Positions 37,011 to 49,926 of a stretch of DNA of 64,000 nt are shown here, piece after piece. The notes under the pieces were generated by a model. That model did no database searches. It was not told the origin of the DNA and saw only the letters and a list, made by a program, of their open reading frames with translations. Location: positions 310,001 through 374,000 of the forward strand of contig NIVC01000759.1 in assembly GCA_002269645.1 (NCBI GenBank), read 5' to 3'. Source of the DNA: Macrostomum lignano (taxonomy: Eukaryota). Position numbers and translations under genes: made by a program. The number at the start of each line of letters is the position of its first letter. The stretch's first letter is position 1.

Positions 37011-38722
37011 AGTCATCCCTACATAGAAGATTTTCCCAGGGTGGCACTGGTTGCAGGAGATGCCATAGATGATGTTCTTGGAGCCACAGGACAGGCTCTG
37101 AGAGATTAAAAAACCGGAAGCCGGTTTCAGTCCCTGGGCGGAGAGAGCAGGCGGTGAGTGGGTGCAGCATTTGCAGCGGGATGACCTACAGGGATGGAAC
37201 CCTTTGGGAAGCAGACCCAGATTGGTCGTTGGTCCCGCAGTCCAGTTCATGAGTTTGATGACCTCCTTTTTGCAGTTTCTAAGAAAAATCTTCGAGTAGC
37301 CTAATTGCTTGAGTTCCGATTTTAAAGAATTGAAAGCATCGTTGAAAGACTTGTAGTCATCACAGATACGAGCGTACCGAAGGACTTGGGATTTTACTAC
37401 CCCCTTGAAGGTGTGTGACGGATGGAAGGACTGTCGGTGCAACAATCTATGAGTGTCTGTTTCTTTTGAAAACAGTTGTGCTGTGAAGCGGTTTTCAGCT
37501 TTCCTGATGGTCATGTCAAGGAAACTGACCTCAGTTGATGAGGAGCTGACGGTGAGTTTGATGTTGGGGTTGATTGAATTTAGGTGTACAACAAATTCTG
37601 TCAGAGTTTCAGCCGGGTGGTCCCAGTGAATGAAGATATCATCTATGTACCTAAAATAGATGTTCGGCTTATAAAGAGCAGTTCTCAGGGCAGTTTCCTC
37701 CCAGAGGCTCATGAAGAGACAGGCATAGCTGGGCGCAAATATGCGCCCCATGGCTGTACCTCTAAGTTGTAGGAAAAGCATTTTGTCAAATTCAAAGTCA
37801 TTCCTGTACAAACACAATTCCAGTAGCTTTATTAACTCAGCATCCGGTCTAATGGGATCCGGGTATCGGTTAAAGAATTCCTGGATCGCTGCAATGCCCT
37901 GGTCTATTGGGATCATGGAGTACAGACTCTGGACATCACAGGTTGCCAGAGTCGAACCTTCCGTGCAGCTTTTATCCATAAGGTGTGCCTTTAAGTCATA
38001 GGAGTCCTTAATGAAAGTGGGTTGCGCTTGGGCAATCGGTTTTAGAAAGAAGTCTATGTACTTTTCTGCCCCAATTGCTTCAGAACTACATCCGCTCACA
38101 ATAGGTCTGCCTGCTGGGACCCGAAAGGGGATCAGCCAGGTGGCCGGGTCCTTGTGAATTTTTGGGAGCAGGTAGAAATGCCGGGGACGGAAGTTCTCTC
38201 CGGGACAAAGAAATGCACACTGTTTCTTAGATATGAACTTTCTGTTACATAAATTGAGGAAGATCCCCCTAATAAGTTCCGCAGTCACGGGTTGCAATGG
38301 CTGGTCCAGCTGTTGATAGGCATCAGTGTCAAACAGTTGGTTGTAGGCTGCAAATTCGTAGTCCTTAGGGTGCATGATGACCACTGCGTTGCCTTTGTCC
38401 GCCTTTTTTATAAGGACGGAGCTGTTTCGCTTGAGCCTCTGAATCGCCCTGGTCTCTGGTGCCTCTAGGTTGCCTTTGATCTGTACCGTTGTCAAATTCT
38501 CTACCAGATTTTGGTTCTCAAGTACCAACAAGTTGCACTCATCCCTTCTAAGTCTGAGGGGAACCTCCTTCCCTGATTTCCCGGTGAAGGGGGGCGGGCT
38601 GGTATTGGCGAGACCCCTCTTTTTGAAAAAGTCTTTCCAGAAAAGTTTACGATGAAATTCCGTCATGCAGTTCCTCAACTCATCGAAATCAAGGGCTTGG
38701 GTTGGGATAAAATTGAGTCCCT

Positions 38723-38810
<88 letters not shown>

Positions 38811-38861
38811 GGCGCCTCCAATCTCAGGCACGGACGCGGTACATGTAAAAAGGACAAACAA
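37010..38861 (-). mobile_element. Penelope-like element 1: RT ORF with truncated GIY-YIG
   Basis: KGLNFIPT, KADKGNAVV, FYLLPKIHK, DVQSLYS, GTAMG, YFRYIDDIF; GIY-YIG stops at IIYGISC...FYVGMT; (CT)n tract near the ORF start. Confidence 0.92.
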
Positions 38862-38877
38862 GTCAAGTTGATTTAAG

Positions 38878-38918
38878 TTGCCGATATTTCGAATTAGGTA
38901 AATTCTTCGTCAGGGCAA
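38878..38918 (-). ncRNA. Minimal type I hammerhead ribozyme upstream of the PLE-1 ORF
   Basis: UUGCC CUGACGA a GAAUU-uaccu-AAUUC GAA AUAU C GGCAA; intact core. Confidence 0.85.
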
Positions 38919-39494
38919 GTGAAAAGTAGCGACAAGTGGTGTTGTAAAAGTTATTAAATAGGCGGGTTAGAGGGGAGAGAGAGTAGACAGGTAGATTGAG
39001 AGATACGGTATGTACACTTGGTGTGAGTCGATAAAACACTATTAGAGTTGAAAATGCAAAATAAAAAACAGTGCACAAATAAAGTGAACCGCACGTGGGC
39101 TGCAGCGATCCTACACACGAAATAAATAATGGAATAGTGCGACTGCACCGGTGTCTGAAAAAGGGGAAAGAGTGACTCTAAGCACTTTACAAAATTGACC
39201 TCAATAAATAAAAAAGGTGAAAAGGCCCTCAAAAACTAAAAAGAGCAATTGTACGATAAGCAAAAGAGTAAAAGTAAAAAGTGTAATAAAAAGTACAGGG
39301 TGTCAAGAAACAATAGAAATGTTGATGCAGAATAAATGCTGAGAATATACAAAAGCTGTGCTTGGGCTAGCGATGAGAATAAAAAAAATTCTAAGAAAGG
39401 AGCAATAAAAGGCTTGGTAGGTACCGGCACGGTCTGACAAAGGTAAGTAGTAGGGAAAGTGAAGTAAAAAATCAAAAGGAAAAAATAAAAAAAT

Positions 39495-41137
39495 TCAATC
39501 AGTGGTGGACTCCAGTCGACTGGGACAGAGCAGCTGCCAGAGGTTCCGCCCTTTGGTGTAGGCGGGCAGCACCGGGGCCTCGCAGCACCGGGCCACGCGG
39601 TCCTTCACCGCGGCCACCAGGGCGTCCGACCTCGCACAATGGGGCAGGATCAGCGGGATGGCCGGGTTGTGCAGCGTGCCGGCAAGCTCGTTGACGCCGT
39701 GCGGGGTTTGAGTCTTTAACACCTCGATGAGCTTGGCCTCGTGGCGCTGCCGCCGCTCGTTCGCTCTGGGTCCCGTGCCGTCACGAGACCAGATGCCGGT
39801 GAAGGCGAAGTCCGCCAGACTGTGGCCATCACTGGTGAAATGGCGGGCCACCGGAGTGTCACGGGCGTGCCGGATATCGCCGATGTGCGCCAGCATGCGG
39901 CCGCGGATGCTGTTGGCGGTCTCGCCTACGTAGACCGTGTGGTCGCACCGGCGGCAGAACACGGCATAGACGGCGTTGGTGGCGTTGCAGTCGATCCGCT
40001 GACTGATGATGAGCTGGACTGTCGTGGCTCTGATCCGGGTCAGACAGAGGCGAACCTGGCGTGCGCCTGGCAGCACCTGCACAGCCGGGTCGGGTTGCAC
40101 GGCAGAAAGCCGAATTCCCACCGTCTCGTCGGGTAGAAGCCCAGCTCCGTCAGCATCTCGTACTTGATCGTGCGCAGGAACCGCCGATTGTAGCCCTGGT
40201 GTTGCACCAGACTTGAAAACAGCCCGGTGCACGCTGCGTCGAAATCGGCCATCAGGGAACACCGCCGGGCGTATCTGAGGAGCTGGGACTTCACCACGCC
40301 CCGGAACGTCCGCTTCGGGTGGAAAGAGTCGCGGTGAATGAGCGTTCGGCTGTCGGTCGGCTTAAAAATACACCTTAGTTGCCAGGCGCTTAACGTCACC
40401 CTCGCGGTCCCAGAAGACGGTGGTATCCAGGAAGTTGACCTCGGTGCTGCTGTAGCTCAGCTGCAACCTGATGTTCGGGTCGAGGCCATCCAGGAGCTCG
40501 TGGAAGCGGACCAGCTCGTCTCTCGTTCCGTGCCAGACGCCGAAGATGTCGTCGATGTAGCGCAGCCACAGGGCGGGCTTCTGCGGGCTGAGCTCCAGGC
40601 CCCGCTGCTCCCAGTAGCCCATGTAGATGTTACTGTAGCTGGGTGCAAACGATTTTCCCATGGCCGTGCCTTTCACTTGCAGAAAAAATTTGCCATCGAA
40701 CTCGAAGTCGTTGCGCTCCAGGTTCAGCTTGAGCAAACTGAGGAGGCTCGCGTCCGGGCGCCGGGCGTCCGGGTGCTCTCTGAAGGCCCTCTGTACGCAC
40801 TCGAGTCCGGCCGCGGTCGGGATGTTGGTGTAAAGGCTGGCGACGTCCATGGTGAACAGGAAGGTCTCACCCCGCGCCGGGCAGGTGATGTCTCTGATGG
40901 CCGCCTGGAAATGATCGGTATCCCTGATGAAGCTGGGCAGCTGGATGACGATCGGCTGCAGGAAGCTGTCGATGAAGCGGCCGCTGGCATATGATTCGCT
41001 GTCCACGTCAGACACGATGGGCCGGCCTGGCGGGATGTCGCCGAGCGGCCACGACTCGGCAGGCTTGTGAATCTTTGGCAGGATGTAAAAGCGTCGCGTC
41101 CGGAACTCCTCCTTCGGGCAGAAGGCGGTGAACTGGC
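39495..41137 (-). mobile_element. Penelope-like element 2: GC-rich RT + complete GIY-YIG, frameshifted
   Basis: FYILPKIHK, MDVASLYTNI, GTAMG, LRYIDDIF, VYAVFC...VYVGET...RM.AH...EAKLI...HGVN spread over several frames. Confidence 0.9.
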
Positions 41138-41297
41138 GTTGTCAAATTCTCTACCAGTTTTTGGTTCTCAAGCACAAACAAGTTGCACCCATCCCTTCTA
41201 AGTCTGCGGGGAACCTCCTTCACTGATTTCCCGGTGAAAGGGAGCGGGCTGGTATTGGCAAGACCCCTCTTTTTGAAAAAGGAAAAAGTCTTTCTCT

Positions 41298-41304
41298 CTC
41301 AAAA

Positions 41305-41395
<91 letters not shown>

Positions 41396-41890
41396 GGTGA
41401 GAGACAGAGAGAGAGAGAGAGGAGAGAAGGAGAGAGGCAGAAGGAGAGAGGAGAGAAGGAGAGAGACAGAGAGAGAGAGGAGAGAAGGAGAGAGGCAGAA
41501 GGAGAGAGGAGAGAAGGAGAGAGACAGAGAGAGAGAGGAGAGAAGGAGAGAGGCAGAAGGAGAGAGGAGAGAAGGAGAGAGACAGAGAGAGAGAGGAGAG
41601 AAGGAGAGAGACAGAGAGAGAGGAGAGAAGGAGAGAGGCAGAGAGAGAGGAGAGAAGGAGAGAGACAGAGAGAGAGAGGAGAGAAGGAGAGAGGCAGAAG
41701 GAGAGAGGAGAGAAGGAGAGAGACAGAGAGAGAGAGAGAGGAGAGAAGGAGAGAGGCAGAAGGAGAGAGGAGAGAAGGAGAGAGGCAGAAGGAGAGAGGA
41801 GAGAAGGAGAGAGACAGAGAGAGAGAGGAGAGAAGGAGAGAGGCAGAAAGAGAGAGGAGAGAAGGAGGGAGACAGGGAGAGAGAAAAAGA
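41298..41890. repeat. (GA)n-derived compound purine repeat
   Basis: gagaggagagaaggagagag(g/a)caga units following a pure (GA)n run. Confidence 0.95.
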
Positions 41891-42685
41891 GACAAAAGCG
41901 TCTCGCACTGCTTCCATGCTTGAGTTGAGCTGCAATCGAGTCGCATAGGCAGCCACTGCGACTTAGCCCTGGCCTGTTTAGATGCCTTTTTATCATTGTT
42001 GCCTCTGCTGCAGCCAGCGAGAGAAGATGCTCAGCCCTTCACCCCGCACCGAATCTCTGAGCACAGCCGCACCCTGTGCTCTCAAGCCGCAATTTTCTCT
42101 CTGCGCCTCCCTCCCTAGACTCGAACCCGTTTTCATTTCGGCGGTCTCTGGGTGGCGCTGGCAGCATCCATGTTTCTAAGAAAACAGCTCTCCGTTTTTG
42201 TTGGTAGCGACGGCAGAATCTGCTCTAATTTGTGTATTTGGAGTTGGTCTTGCGTTGAGAATGAGACTTGTAATTGGAATTGGAAATGTACCTTAGGCAC
42301 ACTGAGCAGATGAAAAACTTGAATAGATGCGGTAGCAACACTGCATAATATTTACCATCAGCTAAAAATCGAAAGGTAGATTAAAAAATCAAAAGTCAAG
42401 TGAACATAGGGGTCAAAGTTATGGTAGTCACTAGGGGTCACTGGGGGTCAGTCATCAGGAAGCAGGCAGAGTCAAGTGAGCATCAAGTAGTCACTGGGGG
42501 TCAGTTATGAGAGAGTAGGCAGAGTCAAGTAAGCATCAAGTAGTCACTGGGGGTCACAGTTATGAGAGAGTAGGCAGAGTCAAGTAAGCATCAAGTAGTC
42601 AACATCAAACGACAAGAACTTAACAAGTGACTAATAAGCATCAAATATAACATGACAGACTTCACTCTGATTCTGCAACATGTTT

Positions 42686-43159
42686 TCAACGAGAACCCAA
42701 GCTGAACAGCTGCAGACTCCGTGAGCGCTTCTGAGCTTTGCTCGGATCAAAGGAGACCTGCCGAGCGAGCTGTGACACGGTCTGAGCAACGCAATAGTAC
42801 TTTATAATTTCGCCTCTCTCATTTCTGAACTCGTACGGCTTCTCCGCCATGTGCCGCCTCACGAGAATCATGATGTCCTCCAGGTGCTTCTCCGTGTAAA
42901 ATTGCTCGATGTAGTCGCACAGGGTCTGCACGAAGACGCTGCCAGTCTGAGGGTCGCGGTAGGACACCTGACCCTCTGTGGTAGGGAAGCAGAACAGGAA
43001 GTCACTCTCTGGCGGGTACAGGGCCGGGTTCTGCGCGAACTCTGGGGGCAGCTGGTCTGATAGCGGCCCCCTGTGCGTCACTTCGCCTTTGCCTGTGCCG
43101 CGGCAGGCCTGGACAAAGAAGAGCTTCGGCTTGCCCGCCAGGTCGGGGCAGACGGAGGC
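42686..43159 (-). CDS. Caspase last exon (catalytic Cys and p10)
   Basis: GKPKLFFVQACRG, DFLFCFPTTEGQVSYRDPQTGSVFVQTLC; acceptor ctccag at 43161-43160, phase 0. Confidence 0.93.
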   Translation of the reverse strand, partial: ASVCPDLAGKPKLFFVQACRGTGKGEVTHRGPLSDQLPPEFAQNPALYPPESDFLFCFPTTEGQVSYRDPQTGSVFVQTLCDYIEQFYTEKHLEDIMILVRRHMAEKPYEFRNERGEIIKYYCVAQTVSQLARQVSFDPSKAQKRSRSLQLFSLGSR

Positions 43160-43245
43160 CTGGAGGAGGGTTGGGAAATGTGTAGAAATTTGTAGAGCTG
43201 CAATGCTTTGTATCATATGCACAGATGAGCCAGACCCAGACCCAC

Positions 43246-43603
43246 CTTGAACTTGGCTGCGAGCTCCAGAACCGGACTCTGCACTCCATGGCCATCGATA
43301 ATGCAGTCCCTTCCCTGTGCGTCCTTGCGGCCGTGGGCCATCAGGAAGCAGACAAAACTGCCGTGCTTGGCGAGCTCCTTGGACTTCTTTGTCTCATTGA
43401 GGAAGTCATCGATCTCTGCAGTTGTGGGATTTTGCTTCTCCATGATGGTGAAACTCAGCTTCCTGAAAAGCTTCCTCACTCGGTCCACATCCCGCTCCGA
43501 GCCTTTGCGCTCCTCTTCGCCGCTGCCAGTTGAGTACGCGTTGATGTTGATGATGAGGCAGAATCCCTGCGGGTTCGTCACCTGGTAGAAATCCTCATGG
43601 AGT
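43246..43603 (-). CDS. Caspase p20 exon (catalytic His)
   Basis: PQGFCLIINI...RKGSERDVDRVRKLFRKLSF...FVCFLMAHG; acceptor ttccag at 43605-43604, donor GTGGGT at 43245. Confidence 0.92.
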
Positions 43604-43998
43604 CTGGAATGCAGCAGGGTGATCGGGGTGTGAAGCAAAGAGTGCAGAACAAGAATCTCCGGAGACCTTTGCCTGATTCTGTGGGAAGTTTTGCCCGAGA
43701 ATGCTATGGGATGCCGTGGAATGCTGTGGGCACACTGTATTATATATATTCTCTTCCTTACTAAACCTAACTGATCATTGTTATATCTCTGAAGAAAATA
43801 AAAATTAAGAAAAAATCGAAGCAAATCATATTCTATGAGCGTAGCATGCAGCCCACAAAAAAGCTTTGACTTCATTTAAAAATCTTTTTTTTTCTTCAAA
43901 ATTTAATGCAATTAATTAGCTCGTAAATCCAGCATTCAATTTTTAATGTCACTGTAAGAGACGTGCCAATATATCCGCTTTTTTCATACAAAACTTAC

Positions 43999-46900
43999 GG
44001 AACTGTCGGCGTCTTCTCAGACTGGGACCTCTGCTGGTGCCGCCGCTCAGCGATCCACCGCGTCAACTGAGACCCGTGCCGAGAGTTCAGCTTTGCGTAG
44101 TCAGCAACAGACTTTCGCTTCCATGGAAGAAAGTGCGAGGCATCCCTTAGATCAAGGACAGAGACATCCAGTAAGTCAACGATGAAGCTGAGCGTTTCGA
44201 CATCTTGATATTGAGCAGCCACATGAGCCGCTGTAATCCCGTTAAAACTTCTGTTCAAAAGACATGACCGGCCGAGTTGCTGAACGAGCCACTTAAGACA
44301 GGAGTTAGTAGCTTCATTCTCAGCGGCACAGTGAATGACAGTGCGTTGTAAGTAGCCAGGCTGATGGAAGCAGTCGGATCCGAGGACTGATTTGAAGAAC
44401 TGCATGGAATCGGCGTCCTGCTTCCAAGCAGCGAGATGGACGGGAGTGTTTTCTTGTTGGTCTCGAACGGAGAGACAGTCGGTTCCGCACTCGTTCACCA
44501 GCCACTTGAGACAGGAGTTAGTAGCTTCATTCGTAGCGGCACAGTGAATGGCAGTGCGTTGTAGGTAGCCAGGCTGATGGAAGCAGTCGGATCCGAGGAC
44601 TGATTTGAAGAACTGCATGGAATCGGCGTCCTGCTTCCAAGCAGCGAGATGGACGGGAGTGTTTTCTTGTTGGTCTCGAACGGAGAGACAGTCGGTTCCG
44701 CACTCGTTCACCAGCCACTTGAGACAGGAGTTAGTAGCTTCATTTAAAGCGGCCCGGTGAATGGCAGTGCGTTGTAAGTAGCCAGGCTGATGGAAGCAGT
44801 TGGATCCGAGGACTGATTTGAAGAACTGCATGGAATCGGCGCCCTGCTTCCAAGCAGCGAGATGGACGGGGGTGTTTCCTTGTTGGTCTCGAACGGAGAG
44901 ACAGTCGGTTCCGAACTCGTTCACCAGCCACTTGAGACAGGAGTTAGTAGCTTCATTCGTAGCGGCCCAGTGAATGGCAGTGCGTTGTAAGTAGCCAGGC
45001 TGATGGAAGCAGTCGGATCCGAGGACTGATTTGAAGAACTGCATGGAATCGGCGTCCTGCTTCCAAGCAGCGAGATGGACGGGAGTGTCTCCTTGTTGGT
45101 CTCGAACGGAGAGACAGTCGGTTCCGAACTCGTTCACCAGCCACTTGAGACAGGAGTTAGTAGCTTCATTCGTAGCGGCCCAGTGAATGGCAGTGCGTTG
45201 TAAGTAGCCAGGCTGATTGAAGCAGTCGGATCCGAGGACTGATTTGAAGAACTGCATGGAATCGGCGTCCTGCTTCCAAGCAGCGAGATGGACGGGAGTG
45301 TTTTCTTGTTGGTCTCGAACGGAGAGACAGTCGGTTCCGCACTCGTTCACCAGCCACTTGAGACAGGAGTTAGTCTTCTTTCTCATAGCGGCTTGGTGAA
45401 TGGCAGTGCGTTGGCAATTGCCAGGCTGATGGAAGCAGTCGGATCCGAGGACTGATTTGAAGAACTGCATGGAATCGGCGCCCTGCTTCCAAGCAGCGAG
45501 ATGGACGGGAGTGTTTCCTTGTTGGTCTCGAACGGAGAGACAGTCGGTTCCGCACTCGTTGACCAGCCACTTGAGACAGGAGTTAGTCTTCTTATTCATA
45601 GCGGCTTGGTGAATGGCAGTGCGTTGGAGTCGGCCAGGCTGATGGAAGCAGTCGGATCCGAGGACTGATTTGAAGAACTGCATGGAATCGGCGCCCTGCT
45701 TCCAAGCAGCGAGATGGACGGGAGTGTCTCCTTGTTGGTCTCGAACGGAGAGACAGTCGGTTCCGCACTCGTTCACCAGCCACTTGAGACAGGAGTTAGT
45801 AGCTTCATTTAAAGCGGCCCGGTGAATGGCAGTGCGTTGTAAGTAGCCAGGCTGATGGAAGCAGTCGGATCCGAGGACTGATTTGAAGAACTGCATGGAA
45901 TCGGCGCCCTGCTTCCAAGCAGCGAGATGGACGGGAGTGTTTCCTTGTTGGTCTCGAACGGAGAGACAGTCGGTTCCGCACTCGTTCACCAGCCACTTGA
46001 GACAGGAGTTAGTAGCTTCATTCGTAGCGGCACAGTGAATGGCAGTGCGTTGTAGGTAGCCAGGCTGATGGAAGCAGTCGGATCCGAGGACTGATTTGAA
46101 GAACTGCATGGAATCGGCGTCCTGCTTCCAAGCAGCGAGATGGACGGGAGTGTTTTCTTGTTGGTCTCGAACGGAGAGACAGTCGGTTCCGCACTCGTTC
46201 ACCAGCCACTTGAGACAGGAGTTAGTCTTCTTATTCATAGCGGCTTGGTGAATGGCAGTGCGTTGGAGTCGGCCAGGCTGATGGAAGCAGTCGGATCCGA
46301 GGACTGATTTGAAGAACTGCATGCAATCGGCGCCCTGCTTCCAAGCAGCGAGATGGACGGGAGTGTTTCCTTGTTGGTCTCGAACGGAGAGACAGTCGGT
46401 TCCGCACTCGTTGACCAGCCACTTGAGACAGGAGTTAGTCTTCTTATTCATAGCGGCTTGGTGAATGGCAGTGCGTTGGAGTCGGCCAGGCTGATGGAAG
46501 CAGTCGGATCCGAGGACTGATTTGAAGAACTGCATGGAATCGGCGCCCTGCTTCCAAGCAGCGAGATGGACGGGAGTGTCTCCTTGTTGGTCTCGAACGG
46601 AGAGACAGTCGGTTCCGCACTCGTTCACCAGCCACTTGAGACAGGAGTTAGTAGCTTCATTTAAAGCGGCCCGGTGAATGGCAGTGCGTTGTAAGTAGCC
46701 AGGCTGATGGAAGCAGTTGGATCCGAGGACTGATTTGAAGAACTGCATGGAATCGGCGTCCTGCTTCCAAGCAGCGAGATGGACGGGAGTGTTTCCTTGT
46801 TGGTCTCGAACGGAGAGACAGTCGGTTCCGCACTCGTTCACCAGCCACTTGAGACAGGAGTTAGTAGCTTCATTTAAAGCGGCCCGGTGAATGGCAGTGC

Positions 46901-48966
46901 GTTGTAAGTAGCCAGGCTGATGGAAGCAGTTGGATCCGAGGACTGATTTGAAGAACTGCATGGAATCGGCGTCCTGCTTCCAAGCAGCGAGATGGACGGG
47001 AGTGTTTCCTTGTTGGTCTCGAACGGAGAGACAGTCGGTTCCGCACTCGTTCACCAGCCACTTGAGACAGGAGTTAGTAGCTTCATTCGTAACGGCCCAG
47101 TGAATGGCAGTGCGTTGTAAGTAGCCAGGCTGATGGAAGCAGTCGGATCCGAGGACTGATTTGAAGAACTGCATGGAATCGGCGTCCTGCTTCCAAGCAG
47201 CGAGATGGACGGGAGTGTTTTCTTGTTGGTCTCGAACGGAGAGACAGTCGGTTCCGCACTCGTTCACCAGCCACTTGAGACAGGAGTTAGTCTTCTCATT
47301 CATAGCGGCTTGGTGAATGGCAGTGCGTTGGAGTCGGCCAGGCTGATGGAAGCAGTCGGATCCGAGGACTGATTTGAAGAACTGCATGGAATCGGCGCCC
47401 TGCTTCCAAGCAGCGAGATGGACGGGAGTGTCTCCTTGTTGGTCTCGAACGGAGAGACAGTCGGTTCCGCACTCGTTCACCAGCCACTTGAGACAGGAGT
47501 TAGTAGCTTCATTTAAAGCGGCCCGGTGAATGGCAGTGCGTTGTAAGTAGCCAGGCTGATGGAAGCAGTTGGATCCGAGGACTGATTTGAAGAACTGCAT
47601 GGAATCGGCGTCCTGCTTCCAAGCAGCGAGATGGACGGGAGTGTTTCCTTGTTGGTCTCGAACGGAGAGACAGTCGGTTCCGAACTCGTTCACCAGCCAC
47701 TTGAGACAGGAGTTAGTAGCTTCATTCGTAGCGGCCCAGTGAATGGCAGTGCGTTGTAAGTAGCCAGGCTGATGGAAGCAGTCGGATCCGAGGACTGATT
47801 TGAAGAACTGCATGGAATCGGCGTCCTGCTTCCAAGCAGCGAGATGGACGGGAGTGTTTTCTTGTTGGTCTCGAACGGAGAGACAGTCGGTTCCGAACTC
47901 GTTCACCAGCCACTTGAGACAGGAGTTAGTAGCTTCATTCGTAGCGGCCCAGTGAATGGCAGTGCGTTGTAAGTAGCCAGGCTGATGGAAGCAGTCGGAT
48001 CCGAGGACTGATTTGAAGAACTGCATGGAATCGGCGTCCTGCTTCCAAGCAGCGAGATGGACGGGAGTGTTTTCTTGTTGGTCTCGAACGGAGAGACAGT
48101 CGGTTCCGCACTCGTTGACCAGCCACTTGAGACAGGAGTTAGTCTTCTTATTCATAGCGGCTTGGTGAATGGCAGTGCGTTGGCAATTGCCAGGCTGATG
48201 GAAGCAGTCGGATCCGAGGACTGATTTGAAGAACTGCATGGAATCGGCGCCCTGCTTCCAAGCAGCGAGATGGACGGGAGTGTTTCCTTGTTGGTCTCGA
48301 ACGGAGAGACAGTCGGTTCCGCACTCGTTGACCAGCCACTTGAGACAGGAGTTAGTCTTCTTATTCATAGCGGCTTGGTGAATGGCAGTGCGTTGGAGTC
48401 GGCCAGGCTGATGGAAGCAGTCGGATCCGAGGACTGATTTGAAGAACTGCATGGAATCGGCGCCCTGCTTCCAAGCAGCGAGATGGACGGGAGTGTCTCC
48501 TTGTTGGTCTCGAACGGAGAGACAGTCGGTTCCGCACTCGTTCACCAGCCACTTGAGACAGGAGTTAGTAGCTTCATTTAAAGCGGCCCGGTGAATGGCA
48601 GTGCGTTGTAAGTAGCCAGGCTGATGGAAGCAGTCGGATCCGAGGACTGATTTGAAGAACTGCATGGAATCGGCGCCCTGCTTCCAAGCAGCGAGATGGA
48701 CGGGAGTGTTTCCTTGTTGGTCTCGAACGGAGAGACAGTCGGTTCCGCACTCGTTCACCAGCCACTTGAGACAGGAGTTAGTCACCTTATTCATAGCGGC
48801 TTGGTGAATGGCAGTGCGTTGGAGTCGGCCAGGCTGATGGAAGCAGTCGGATCCGAGGACTGATTTGAAGAACTGCATGGAATCGGCTCGATCTGCTCGC
48901 ACTGCGAAAGCAATGCTCCTGTAAGATGTCTGATGGCATGTGCGCAAGTGTATGTACATTTGCTCG
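43999..48966 (-). CDS. Ankyrin-repeat exon (22 x 71-aa double-ankyrin units plus cap) of an ankyrin-caspase
   Basis: 213-bp tandem units encoding QRTAIHxAAxN and xxTPVHLAAWKQ; open for about 5 kb; donor GTAAGT at 43998 (phase 2) splices in frame to the caspase exon (CC|A). Confidence 0.88.
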
Positions 48967-49585
48967 CTGTACAATGCAAGCGTGTCAGAATATAAGCGAG
49001 TGCTTTGGCGGCAGTCAAGTGTCGGTCTAAGCCTTAAGCCACTTTCTCGTCTCGGCTTATTCTATGACTAAAGGTTCTTCCACACCGCCATCAAATGAAG
49101 CCAATTTTGAAGTGATCACACTAAATTTGAGTTGATGATTAACGAATCCTTGACAATCACCTCAGTTTTTCACGCCATCAACTGACTTTTTACGAGTGAT
49201 CGCAAGCGGTCACACTGCAATCAACCGACTGATACTGAGGAGAATGACTGCCCTGTGGATAATTGGGACGTTTCTTCGGCAGCATTTTTTGCTGGAAACG
49301 GACTAAAGCAGACAGAAATTCTGTGGTCTCCGCAGTGCTAGAGGAAACTGCTTAATTCGGCAGTTTCGTCACGCTAAATGTGCGGAAACGAAGAAAGAAA
49401 CGAATTAAAATATTAAGTCGTTTCCTACGCAGTTTTCAACCAAAGGATCGTCCTTTTTCCTGTTATTTCGATTGTCAGGGTGCCGAAGGTCGTATAGAAC
49501 AGGATTTTCTTGCACCTTCTTTACCAGGGGTTTCAGTGGCAACCAACGGGCGCTGTTTTTTCACGCTTGCTCATTTCGCTTATGT

Positions 49586-49926
49586 CAGGGGTCGGCAAAC
49601 CTTTTTTAACTTAATGGCCAGATAGAGAACCTTAGAGCATGACTCCGGAGGAAGGAGAAGATGAGAGGTAATAAAAAAGAAAGAAGGGAGATAGGAGAGG
49701 CGAGGGAATGGAGCAAAGAGGAGACGAGAGGAGACGAGAGATGAATTAGGTTAGGAGAGAGAGGGAGAGGAGGAAGGAGAGAGGAGAGGAGAGGAGAGAA
49801 GAGCGCTGAGAAGAGACAAACATTAAGGGCCGGATTGCTATTGTGGAGTTTCAAAGGACGGCGAAGGCCGGATAGAGAGGCTTTGCAGACCGCATGTGGC
49901 CTGCGGGCCGAAGTTGCCGACCCGTG
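49586..49926. mobile_element. hAT-type MITE
   Basis: TIR caggggtcggcaa / ttgccgacccgtg; 8-bp TSD gcttatgt / gctcatgt. Confidence 0.85.

Noticed and set aside
41183-41996. ER-rich and SL-rich ORFs
   Set aside because: Translations of the GA compound repeat; the resemblance to the ER-rich tail of SAFB is coincidental as far as can be seen.
44320-48765. About 21 repeated 63-aa ORFs
   Set aside because: Alternative-frame shadows of the 213-bp ankyrin units.
48967-48974. Annotated start of the 1659-aa ORF
   Set aside because: It is a TTG within a splice-acceptor region; the exon more likely starts at 48966.
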